DNA of 61,863 nt from Candidatus Parcubacteria bacterium (GTDB lineage: Bacteria > Patescibacteriota > Minisyncoccia > UBA6257 > 2-01-FULL-56-20), in the NCBI GenBank assembly GCA_027324805.1, contig DAHVRZ010000004.1, positions 1 through 61,863 of the forward strand, read 5' to 3'. The notes beneath the pieces were generated by a model. It had not been told where the DNA came from. It saw only the letters and a program-made list of their open reading frames with translations, and ran no database searches. A program made the translations under genes and the position numbers. Below, piece after piece: positions 36,525 to 44,920 of the stretch. Numbering within the stretch: position 1 is the first letter of the stretch; every line of letters begins with the position of its first letter.

Positions 36525-36929
36525 CATTCCCCCGCTTATAGCAAACCCCCCACTCGGGTCGAATACGAGAGGGGGTTTACTATGAGTATGAGATTATGTC
36601 GATTGTCGGATTGCGTGGAGGAGGAATGGTCTTCGCGTGCCCCCGCAGCGGCCGGTGTCTTTCGTTTTGCAAAGGATTCCCCTTTTTCCTTTGGCATCGT
36701 ATCGTGACGGTCCGTAGCGGCCCAATGGGCATCTCGCGACCGTGGCATCGTCATCCCGATATCACTCCGGTTTTCCCCTAACCCCGGAATGCAGTGACGG
36801 CCTCGGCCACTCCCCCGAATTGGATCATAGCGTTATGTGCATTTAGCGTTGGTTTTGCGACCTTTCGAATGTGCGAGCCGGCTCCATGGCGCCGGATACC
36901 ATTTACTACATCACCCCGAAAACTTTCTT

Positions 36930-37679
36930 TCACGGCAGAACGGGCGATGCCGGCGCGGAAGAGGTGGGAGTGGAGGTTGCGATCCCGATCCGCTGGATAC
37001 CGAACGCACTGATGGTACCGCTTGCATTGCGCGTGCCGAAGACGAGCACCACATCACCCACGTGAAAGTCCTGAATGAAAACGACGCCCGTCGCGGCGAC
37101 GACGCTGGAGGTAATGCCGACGTCGTCGGTAATGGTAAACCCTCCGTCCGTAAATGATGTGATCACGCCACGGTGCACGCTCGCTGGAAATGCTGTTTCA
37201 TACTCGTAAAAATTTCCCAAGAACGGGACGTTCGCCGCGGAATATTGGGAAAGGTCGGGATGGAGCGCGGTCGCGGCCAGAAAGAAACCGCCGAGCGTGA
37301 TGATGACGATGAACGCAAAGAGAAGATAGAACAACGGTTGATGAGATACGAACGTATAATGTCTCAGAAGGTTGGCGAGGAGGAGGAGGAGTATGAAGGC
37401 AAAAATGAGAAGTCCCCATGGGATCGCGCCAAGAAGGAGCGACCATCCGGAAATGCCGTAATCGGCCGCAAACCACGCACCATCCTCATGAAGCGCATAG
37501 ATGATAAAGCTCACCATATAAAGCAGGATGAGGAATAGGAGGAAGGCCGCAACGGCAATGAGGGCTGCGCGAAGCATGAAATATCTGCGCGGTCGCATAT
37601 GAACATCGCGCTCCTTGATGGCATTGATGATGCGACGGCTCTCCTTGCTGCTGTCCGTTTGTGCGATGGGATCGTTCAT
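36930..37679 (-). CDS. membrane protein, putative anti-sigma factor
   Basis: Translationally coupled (4-nt overlap) to the upstream ECF sigma gene. It has a short cytoplasmic N-terminus followed by several TM helices. Confidence 0.5.
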   Translation of the reverse strand: MNDPIAQTDSSKESRRIINAIKERDVHMRPRRYFMLRAALIAVAAFLLFLILLYMVSFIIYALHEDGAWFAADYGISGWSLLLGAIPWGLLIFAFILLLLLANLLRHYTFVSHQPLFYLLFAFIVIITLGGFFLAATALHPDLSQYSAANVPFLGNFYEYETAFPASVHRGVITSFTDGGFTITDDVGITSSVVAATGVVFIQDFHVGDVVLVFGTRNASGTISAFGIQRIGIATSTPTSSAPASPVLP

Positions 37680-38251
37680 TTTGTTTGTTCCGGTACGAGT
37701 TTTCTTAGCATGATCTTACCCCGCTGGAGACGTACGCCGACAGTGGAGACCGGGATCCTGAGAACGTCCGCGATCTCCTTATAATCCATCTCGTCAAAAT
37801 AATACAACACGAGGGGCTCACGGTATTTTTGCGGAATACGGTCGAGCGAACCCTCCAGCATCTTTTTCAACTCTTGCTGGTTGAACCCGCCATCCGCGGT
37901 CTCCTTGGCGGTAAGCTTGAGCGAAGGAAGAAGTACATCGAGATCGAAGAGGGAGATGTTCGCCCTCTCTTTCTTTTTTTTCTTGAGCGCATTCACAAAC
38001 TCGTTATGCGCGATGCGATAGAGCCACGGTGAGAATCGGCGGTCCGTATCAAAACCCTGGATGTTCACATACGCCTTAATGAACACCTCCTGAACCAGGT
38101 CTTTTGCCTCATCGCCATCGAAAAGGAACCGTCGGGCGTAACGGCCCATTTTCTGTTCGTAACGTTCGACCAACAGCTGAAAGGTTTCAATATCACCCTT
38201 TTGCACCTGTGCCGCGATCTCCTCGTCCCTGCGTTCATCGCGTGTTTCCAT
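37676..38251 (-). CDS. ECF (sigma-70 family) RNA polymerase sigma factor
   Basis: Region 2 (FSPWLYRIAHNEFVN) and region 4 (YREPLVLYYFDEMDYKEIADVLRIPVSTVGVRLQRG). Start trimmed to METRDE. Confidence 0.85.
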   Translation of the reverse strand: METRDERRDEEIAAQVQKGDIETFQLLVERYEQKMGRYARRFLFDGDEAKDLVQEVFIKAYVNIQGFDTDRRFSPWLYRIAHNEFVNALKKKKKERANISLFDLDVLLPSLKLTAKETADGGFNQQELKKMLEGSLDRIPQKYREPLVLYYFDEMDYKEIADVLRIPVSTVGVRLQRGKIMLRKLVPEQTK

Positions 38252-38364
38252 AGATAGGTAAAATACCCGCGCCTGACCGCATAACCGTAATACAAACAAA
38301 TGGTCCGGCTTCTTTCGGGACGTCCTTTCTCAATGATACGACGGAACGCGAAAGATTGTTTCGC

Positions 38365-39144
38365 TCACTGCCGCCGTTTTCCAATAGAAAGGCGGAAAAG
38401 CCACATAAGAGATGGCATCACAAGGATAAACCCCGCGGCAAAAGCGGCAAAAAGGACCCGCGCCGCAGCGGGATTCGCAAACGAACCGGTCAGCGCGGCC
38501 GAGGGATAGACGATATACGGCAATTGCGCGAATGCCATACCGAAGAACGGGATTGCGAAAACCAGAACGGCGCGCACAAACCGCCATCCTGCCGCCTTGG
38601 TTTCGATGCTGCCGCGACGGCGCGTTTCCAAGTACGAAAAGAACGAGGAAGAAATGAGAAGTGTCGCGGCAAGCGTGAAAGCGGCAAGCACGGCGGCAAG
38701 AAGCCACGCCGCGGACCCGTACGGCATCTCGCCCGTAAGGAAGAAAGGGACAATCGCTCCGGCGAACACGGCGGGCGCTGCGAGCGCAAAAACGGCGAGA
38801 AGCACGCGTATCGCGCGGCTCGCGGCGCGATGATAGAACACATAGAGCATAAAGACGACGCGGACGCCGGTCACTGCAAGGAACAGGAGAAACGGCACCG
38901 CGAGCGCACTCCCCCATATCGGCACGGCGCCCGGAAAAAACGCAATGAACGAAACGAGCGCAAAGATAAGAAACACGTTCGTCGTCTCCCAAACGGGACC
39001 TATGTACGCATACACCCCATCATCCCTCCCGTCGGAAAGCCGCGGCGACGCGATAAGGACGGTGGCGCCGCATTCGATCATGAAAAGCAACGCATACAAA
39101 AAAAGCGAAATAACAACAAGTCCGATGGCAAAATACGCAAGCAT
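38365..39144 (-). CDS. cydB: cytochrome bd-type oxidase subunit II-like protein
   Basis: 259-aa polytopic protein directly downstream of cydA (14-nt gap), with a hydrophobic helix pattern compatible with short CydB. Assigned mainly from context. Confidence 0.65.
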   Translation of the reverse strand: MLAYFAIGLVVISLFLYALLFMIECGATVLIASPRLSDGRDDGVYAYIGPVWETTNVFLIFALVSFIAFFPGAVPIWGSALAVPFLLFLAVTGVRVVFMLYVFYHRAASRAIRVLLAVFALAAPAVFAGAIVPFFLTGEMPYGSAAWLLAAVLAAFTLAATLLISSSFFSYLETRRRGSIETKAAGWRFVRAVLVFAIPFFGMAFAQLPYIVYPSAALTGSFANPAAARVLFAAFAAGFILVMPSLMWLFRLSIGKRRQ

Positions 39145-39158
39145 GGAAAGAATAGTGG

Positions 39159-40514
39159 TTACGAAGGGTCGCTGTCGGCGCGGACGTTGCGCGGACGGTA
39201 ATGCCGGACGAGCACCAAGAGCGTCACCGCGGCAAGCACGGCATAAAATAATGGGAAAACAACCGCATAGGCAAGCACGGCGGGCGAGCGCGTGAATGCA
39301 TCTTTGGTCAGAAGGATCCCCTGAATAGTGTACGGCTGGCGGCCGATTTCGGTGAGCATCCATCCCGCCTCAACGCCGATCACGGAAAGTATGCCGGCCG
39401 CGACGGTGAGCCATCCCATCGCGCGCCCATAGGCCCATCCGCGCCGCCTCCCGCCCATCTCCGCCGTCGGCCGCATGCCGCGCAGGGCAAAGAACAGCAA
39501 AGGCACGAATACCATGAAAATGCCGATCGCAACCATGGCATCGAAGAAATAATGGATGAAAAGAGGCGGCCACGTGGACGGGTCGAAAGCGGAAAGGCCC
39601 GTAATGACCGTGGCGCGCGTGCCGCCGACGAGAATGGAAAGCGCACCCGGAACGGTGACCGTATCGCGGAGCCGTCCCGCGCCGTCAAAGATCCCCCCAA
39701 TCGTGAGCGGCGCATCCGCGCGGGTGCTTGTCACGTCCTCCATCGCCGCGAATTTCTCAGGCTCGTGCTGGGCCGCATACCGCGCCGAGGTATCGCCCGT
39801 GACGCCGACCGCGAGCGAGAATAGGAATGCGACCGCGAGCGAGAATGCGAGCATCTTCTCGTGATAGCGCCGCGATGACGGCGAAGGCTTCCTGCGGATG
39901 AACTGCCATGCGGCGACCGCGGCAATGACGAATGCCGTCGTCGCGTAGTATGCGACGATCGAGTGTCCCGTACGCGTCGGCACGGCTGAATTCCACATTG
40001 CCTGCCATTGATTGATATCCGTGATCGAGCCGTCCGCTTTCATCGTGAAACCGGTCGGCGCCGCCATCCACGCATTCACTGTCGTAATAAGAAATGCGGA
40101 CGCGCAGGAAGCAATGACGATCGGAAGCGAAGTAAGCCAGTGAGTCCATTTTCCCTTGAATGAATCCCACGTATATGCGTAAATGCCGAGGAATATCGCT
40201 TCAATGAAAAACGCGAACGTCTCGATGAAGAAAGGCAGGATCACCACCTTGCTCACGATGGCCATGAACGGCGGCAAAAGCACGGCGAACACGACGGCGA
40301 TGACCGTGCCCGAAAGCGCACCCGCAACGAAAAGTACCGCCATAGCGAACGTCCACTGCCGCGCCATCCGCGTAAAATCACCGTCGCGCCTCGCGATACC
40401 GATAAGCTCGGCAAGCGAGATCATGAACGGGATGCCCACACCGAACAGCGCGAACGCAATATGGAAAGCCATGGTCGTCCCGAGGAACGCCCGGCCGAAC
40501 GCGACGGTATCCAT
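39159..40514 (-). CDS. cydA: cytochrome bd-type oxidase subunit I
   Basis: FLGTTMAFHIAF (haem-ligand His), PFFIETFAFFIEAIFLGIY and NAWMAAPTGF match CydA signatures. Start trimmed to MDTVAF, 7 nt after TATACT. Confidence 0.85.
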   Translation of the reverse strand: MDTVAFGRAFLGTTMAFHIAFALFGVGIPFMISLAELIGIARRDGDFTRMARQWTFAMAVLFVAGALSGTVIAVVFAVLLPPFMAIVSKVVILPFFIETFAFFIEAIFLGIYAYTWDSFKGKWTHWLTSLPIVIASCASAFLITTVNAWMAAPTGFTMKADGSITDINQWQAMWNSAVPTRTGHSIVAYYATTAFVIAAVAAWQFIRRKPSPSSRRYHEKMLAFSLAVAFLFSLAVGVTGDTSARYAAQHEPEKFAAMEDVTSTRADAPLTIGGIFDGAGRLRDTVTVPGALSILVGGTRATVITGLSAFDPSTWPPLFIHYFFDAMVAIGIFMVFVPLLFFALRGMRPTAEMGGRRRGWAYGRAMGWLTVAAGILSVIGVEAGWMLTEIGRQPYTIQGILLTKDAFTRSPAVLAYAVVFPLFYAVLAAVTLLVLVRHYRPRNVRADSDPS

Positions 40515-40521
40515 ATTGTTC

Positions 40522-40544
40522 AGTATACCGTATGCGGGTACACT
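40522..40544. promoter_or_regulatory. back-to-back divergent -10 elements for cydA (minus) and the thioredoxin-like gene (plus)
   Basis: Minus strand: TATACT-7 nt-ATG (cydA). Plus strand: TACACT-6 nt-ATG (40551). The whole intergenic gap is 36 bp. Confidence 0.5.
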
Positions 40545-40550
40545 GATTCC

Positions 40551-41006
40551 ATGACCGACCCCACAACGGACGCACCGCGCCAAGAACGGACCGAAGAGGA
40601 AAAGGCGAAACTCCGCCGCGATATAAGAAGGAACTACATCATCATCGGGATTCTTTTCGCAATTTCGGCAGCGCTCGGCCTTGTCATCTACCTCGCCCAG
40701 CTCCCGCCGCCGCCGCACGAATATGACGCGCTGGCAAAGTGCATCGCCAAAAGCGGCGCGACGTTCTACGGCGCTTTTTGGTGCCCCGACTGCATGCAGC
40801 AGAAAACGAAATTCGGCACCGGCGCTCAATATCTCCCCTATCACGAATGCGCAAATCCTGACCGCTCCGAGAACCGATCATGCACGGAGATCAACGTTGC
40901 CCACTATCCCACATGGGTCTTTGCCGACGGATCTCGCCTCGTGGGCGTGCAAAATCCGTCGACTCTCGCCCAAAAGACCGGATGCGCGATGCCGACCTCG
41001 ACATGA
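40551..41006 (+). CDS. membrane-anchored thioredoxin-like protein (VKOR-partner type)
   Basis: One TM helix, then FYGAFWCPDCMQQK ... YHEC ... YPTWVF ... GCA. This pattern matches the Trx-like domain fused to bacterial VKOR homologs. Confidence 0.7.
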   Translation: MTDPTTDAPRQERTEEEKAKLRRDIRRNYIIIGILFAISAALGLVIYLAQLPPPPHEYDALAKCIAKSGATFYGAFWCPDCMQQKTKFGTGAQYLPYHECANPDRSENRSCTEINVAHYPTWVFADGSRLVGVQNPSTLAQKTGCAMPTST

Positions 41007-41028
41007 TGAAAATGGTATAATCGAACCA

Positions 41029-41598
41029 ATGGAAATACTCATTCAGTTCGCCATTAATTTTTCGTCGGTACTCACCGTCGCCGCGGATATCTTCGCCGTC
41101 CTGCTGTTCGCCATCCTGCTCACGCCGCTCCAGGAGCGGGGCTGGGGCAAAAAAATCGCGGAGGCGATAGGCCGCCGTTCGATCCACTGGTCGCTCGGCA
41201 TTGCCGTACTATGCGTAGCCGGCAGTCTCTTTTTCTCGAATATAGCCGGGTTCGCACCATGCGAGCTCTGCTGGATCCAGCGCGGCCTTCTCTACACGCT
41301 CGCCGTCATCCTCGCCGTGGGACTCATCGCGCGCAAATCCGAACGGCGGCGTTCGTTCGACAACTTCATGCGGAAAGCAGGGCTCATTATTTCCGCGATC
41401 GGTTTCCCCATCGCCGCGTACAACGTCTATCTCCAACTGGGGGGCGGGGCACTCATTCCCTGCTCGGCCACCGGCCCCGCTTGCTCGCTCGTCTATTTCA
41501 TCCGTTTCGGCTACGTGACGATCCCCACGATGTCGCTCACGGCATTCGCGCTCATCATCGCATTCATGCTGCTCGGAGAAAGCTATCGGGAAGAATAA
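41029..41598 (+). CDS. dsbB: DsbB/BdbC-like disulfide bond formation protein
   Basis: Four TM helices, first-loop CELCWIQR and second-loop Cys pair CSATGPAC. TGgTATAAT ends 7 nt before the ATG. Confidence 0.75.
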   Translation: MEILIQFAINFSSVLTVAADIFAVLLFAILLTPLQERGWGKKIAEAIGRRSIHWSLGIAVLCVAGSLFFSNIAGFAPCELCWIQRGLLYTLAVILAVGLIARKSERRRSFDNFMRKAGLIISAIGFPIAAYNVYLQLGGGALIPCSATGPACSLVYFIRFGYVTIPTMSLTAFALIIAFMLLGESYREE

Positions 41599-41615
41599 TA
41601 AAGGAGGGTTCCAGG

Positions 41616-41644
41616 TTGGCAATTCGCCCGACGTGGGTTACAAT
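41616..41644 (+). promoter_or_regulatory. sigma-70-type promoter of tig, leaderless geometry
   Basis: TTGGCA-17 nt-TACAAT, with the ATG 8 nt downstream. Confidence 0.6.
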
Positions 41645-41652
41645 CAACACCC

Positions 41653-42723
41653 ATGGCGACCATATATTCCAATCTTAAAAAACTTTCGGACAAGCACGGT
41701 GAAATAGAATTCCGGGCGGAGATCTCGGCGGAAACGCTCGAGCAGTACATCCTTGAGGAGCTCGCGCATTACGCCGCCCAAATGGCGCTTCCCGGCTTCC
41801 GCAAGGGAAAGGTTCCGCATCACCTGGTCCGCGAACAGGTCGGGGAAATGGACCTTCTCGAAGGAGCGGCCGACGAGGCGCTCCGCGACGCGATGCAGGA
41901 GATAGTGGACGGGGAAAAGCTCGACGTCCTCGGGAGGCCGGAACTCACGGTGCTCAAGATCGCGCCGAAGAATCCGCTCGAATTCAAGATCCGGTACGCC
42001 CTCGCGCCGGAGGTATCGCTCCCCGATTATAAAAAAATCGCGCGCGAGGTTGTGGAAAAGAAAAATGACTTTGCAGTGAAGGATGAGGAGGTTGACGAAG
42101 CGATCACGCGCATCCGCGAAATGACGGGAATGGTTCCGCCCAAAAAAGAAGGCGAAGACGGCAAAGAGGAAAAACCCGCACCGCTTACGGACGAGGACGT
42201 GAAAAAGTTCGGGCCGTTCGCGGACGTCGCCGCATTCCGCGCGGAACTCGCGAAGAGCCTTGCCAGGGAAAAGGAGATGAACGCCAAGGACGAGAAGCGC
42301 AACGAGATGGTCAAACAGATCATCGCGCATGCCAAGGTGAAAGTGCCCGAGATGCTCGTAGAGCAGGAGCTCCGTGAATTCACCGGAGACCGCGACCGGC
42401 AGATCGCCGAAGCAGGTCTTTCGATGGAGGAATATCTGAAAAGGACAAACAAGACCGCTGAGCAGCTCGAAAAGGAAGAACGAGCGCTCATAGAAGAGGA
42501 TGTGAAGACAAGCCTTGTGATTCGCGCCATAAAAGAGAAGGAATCGCTCGATCCTTCCGAACGCGAGATCCAGATCGGCATCGCGAGGCTCAAGATCCGC
42601 TACCCTGACCGCGACGAGGCATCGCTCCGCCGCACGGCCGAAGCCCAGGCGATTCAGGACAAGCTCTTTATCGTGCTCGAGGGATCCGACAAAAAGGAAA
42701 TTTCGGAGGGCGAAGGTGTGTAG
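41653..42723 (+). CDS. tig: trigger factor lacking the PPIase domain
   Basis: Ribosome-binding signature PGFRKGKVP. N- and C-terminal TF modules are joined by a short Lys/Glu/Pro linker where the FKBP domain normally sits. Confidence 0.8.
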   Translation: MATIYSNLKKLSDKHGEIEFRAEISAETLEQYILEELAHYAAQMALPGFRKGKVPHHLVREQVGEMDLLEGAADEALRDAMQEIVDGEKLDVLGRPELTVLKIAPKNPLEFKIRYALAPEVSLPDYKKIAREVVEKKNDFAVKDEEVDEAITRIREMTGMVPPKKEGEDGKEEKPAPLTDEDVKKFGPFADVAAFRAELAKSLAREKEMNAKDEKRNEMVKQIIAHAKVKVPEMLVEQELREFTGDRDRQIAEAGLSMEEYLKRTNKTAEQLEKEERALIEEDVKTSLVIRAIKEKESLDPSEREIQIGIARLKIRYPDRDEASLRRTAEAQAIQDKLFIVLEGSDKKEISEGEGV

Positions 42724-42735
42724 TATACTGTACCT

Positions 42736-43449
42736 ATGAACATCAAAGATAAGGTGGCGATCGTCACCGGAGCATCCGAGGGTATCGGGAAAGCGATCGC
42801 GGAGGCTCTCGCGGCAAAGGGGGCAAAGCTCGTGCTTGCGGCGCGAAATGAGGAAAAACTCGCCGAGTTGGCGCACAAACTCGGTAATGGCGCCATCGCC
42901 GTCCGGACCGATATGTCCGATGAGAACCAGATACAGAACCTCATCGACCGCACGATAGAGATTTATGGCCGCATTGATCTCCTTGTAAACAACGCCGGCC
43001 AGGGCCTCTATGGGCCAGTGGAATCAGTCAATATGGACCAGTACCGCCACGTCATGAACCTCAACGTTTTCGGTCCCCTTTTCGCAATGGAACTCGCGAT
43101 CCCTAAAATGAGGGCTGAGGGCGGAGGCATGATCGTAAATATCAGTTCGCTTGTTTCGAAGAACTATTTCCCCATGCTCGGCGCCTACGCGTCCACGAAA
43201 TATGCTCTGAACGCCCTTTCTCTCACTGCGCGCGCGGAGCTTGAAAAGGACGGCATCATCGTCTCCGTAATGCATCCGAAAATGACCGCGACGAATTTCG
43301 GGAAAAATGCGCTCGGCGCGCACCTCAATGCCGATCAAAATGAAAACCGGCCGGCACGACCCGCAGGCATGGAAGTGGACACTCCCGAACAGGTTGCGGA
43401 AAGAACGATGGAACTGATCGAATCGGAAAAGGCGGAAGCGAAAATGTAG
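42736..43449 (+). CDS. SDR family oxidoreductase
   Basis: TGASEGIGKA cofactor motif and YASTK catalytic motif. Confidence 0.9.
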   Translation: MNIKDKVAIVTGASEGIGKAIAEALAAKGAKLVLAARNEEKLAELAHKLGNGAIAVRTDMSDENQIQNLIDRTIEIYGRIDLLVNNAGQGLYGPVESVNMDQYRHVMNLNVFGPLFAMELAIPKMRAEGGGMIVNISSLVSKNYFPMLGAYASTKYALNALSLTARAELEKDGIIVSVMHPKMTATNFGKNALGAHLNADQNENRPARPAGMEVDTPEQVAERTMELIESEKAEAKM

Positions 43450-43487
43450 TTCGGGAATAATTTCAAATCTCATGGTAGGATAAGCCC

Positions 43488-44456
43488 ATGCTTATCGACG
43501 ACGTCACAATCCGCATTTCCGCCGGCCGTGGCAACAAAGGCGCGGTCGCTTTCAATAAGAACCTCATGAGCCTCGGACCCGCAGGCGGAAGCGGCGGCAA
43601 GGGAGGCAGCGTTTGGGTCGAAGGCGTCTCGGACCTTTCCGCGCTCGGACAATTCAGGTATAAAAAGGAATTCGCCGCCGAGGACGGGCAGGAAGGCCGC
43701 AGCCAGTTCCGCGACGGCCACGACGGCAAGGATCTCATCCTGAAACTGCCGGTCGGTACGGTAGCGCACAATCTGACGACCGGAGCCGATATTGAGATCG
43801 AGCGCACGGGTGCCGATGCGCGCATCCTCCTTGCGAAGGGCGGAAACGGCGGCAAGGGCAATTTCCTTTTTCGTTCCTCGAGAAATACCTCGCCCAAACA
43901 GTTCCAGCCGGGGCTTCCCGGAGAATCGTTCGAATTCCGTCTTGAACTCAAATTCATCGCTGACGTCGGCTTTGTCGGCCTGCCGAACGTGGGAAAATCA
44001 AGCCTTCTGAACGAGCTCACGAACGCGCAGAGCAAGGTGGCGAACTATCCCTTCACCACGCTCGAACCGCATCTCGGCGTCTATTACGATCTCATCCTCG
44101 CGGATATTCCCGGACTCATCGAAGGCTCGTCGCAAGGCAAGGGGCTCGGCACGAAATTCCTCAGGCACATCGAACGCACGCGCACTCTTTTTCATTTCAT
44201 CTCCGTCGAATCGGAATCTCCCGTCGCCGACTATAAAACGATCCGTAAAGAGCTTGGAACATATAACAAAGCTCTTCTCAAAAAACCCGAACGTCTTTTT
44301 CTCACGAAATCCGACACTGTGGCACCGGCCGAGCTCAAGAAAAAACTTGCATCCCTCAGAAGGATCGACAAGAAAGCGATCGCGGTATCCATCCTCGACG
44401 ACGAAAGCGTAGCCAGGGTAAAGAAGATCCTGAACGACATCGAAAGGGAAAAATAG
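43488..44456 (+). CDS. obg: GTPase Obg/CgtA
   Basis: Gly-rich Obg fold (GGSGGKGGSV, GGNGGKGN), then G1 GLPNVGKSS and G3 DIPGLIEG. Confidence 0.95.
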   Translation: MLIDDVTIRISAGRGNKGAVAFNKNLMSLGPAGGSGGKGGSVWVEGVSDLSALGQFRYKKEFAAEDGQEGRSQFRDGHDGKDLILKLPVGTVAHNLTTGADIEIERTGADARILLAKGGNGGKGNFLFRSSRNTSPKQFQPGLPGESFEFRLELKFIADVGFVGLPNVGKSSLLNELTNAQSKVANYPFTTLEPHLGVYYDLILADIPGLIEGSSQGKGLGTKFLRHIERTRTLFHFISVESESPVADYKTIRKELGTYNKALLKKPERLFLTKSDTVAPAELKKKLASLRRIDKKAIAVSILDDESVARVKKILNDIEREK

Positions 44457-44522
44457 ATGAATAGTGATCGGCGGTTGCCTTCTGTCGGAAGAATACGTAC
44501 TATTGGAGGCTGGAGGTGAAGT

Positions 44523-44813
44523 GTGAAAAAGAAACACAGACATCAGTGGGAGCCATGGCCGATCATCATTCCGTTCGGGGTGTTAGGATTCATATTCCCC
44601 GGAGCCCGATGTGCTTGCGGCACCGAAGAGGCCTGCGATAAAGATAAGAATACCGCGGAACGGAGCTTCTATAAGCTGTTCGGAACGCCATTCAGTGCAT
44701 TTCTCGGCGATCCGGACTCAAAAAAGATCATCGCCGACGCCTCCCGGGAAAACGACCTTCGGGCCCTGCGGACGGCAAGGGAAGAGGATTACTACCTCCT
44801 TAATAAGCAATAG
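44523..44813 (+). CDS. hypothetical small protein
   Basis: 96-aa ORF followed by a clean terminator. No recognisable motif. Confidence 0.4.
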   Translation: MKKKHRHQWEPWPIIIPFGVLGFIFPGARCACGTEEACDKDKNTAERSFYKLFGTPFSAFLGDPDSKKIIADASRENDLRALRTAREEDYYLLNKQ

Positions 44814-44821
44814 TAGCGATC

Positions 44822-44849
44822 GCCGCGACGCATATCGCGGCTTTTCTTT
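44822..44849 (+). terminator. rho-independent terminator
   Basis: gccgcga-6 nt-tcgcggc followed by a T-rich tract (ttttcttt). Confidence 0.65.
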
Positions 44850-44920
44850 ACTCAGCGGCGAAAAAGTTTTATACTGTGCCATACGACACAAGGAACGACG
44901 CGCCTTTGCGCGTTCTTATT

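Noticed and set aside
36536-36781. Small ORFs of 61-72 aa on both strands in the recR/anti-sigma gap
   Set aside because: They have no RBS or -10 geometry, their composition is odd, and they overlap each other. There is no support for coding.
38330-39201. Alternative-frame ORFs of 220-281 aa over cydB
   Set aside because: Their Arg/Pro/Cys-rich compositions are implausible. The cydB frame gives a coherent polytopic membrane protein directly coupled to cydA.
39159-40844. 110-aa N-terminal extension of cydA in the ORF track. Similar extensions occur for alaS (to 24404), rpsI (to 15405), msrA (to 47477), msrB (to 46839), rpoA (to 16913) and tspO (to 3161).
   Set aside because: The extensions overlap neighbouring genes or intergenic promoters and have non-protein-like composition. 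The internal ATGs align with the conserved N-termini of the families and often sit 6-8 nt after a -10 hexamer.
41644-42876. 410-aa minus-strand ORF
   Set aside because: It is antisense to trigger factor and the start of the SDR gene. It is a shadow ORF.
44876-44920. GTG start at 44876 for the ABC-F gene
   Set aside because: The GTG directly abuts a TATACT -10-like hexamer, and the first 15 codons are not family-like. The ATG at 44921 (MPMANEVILRF) matches ABC-F N-termini better.
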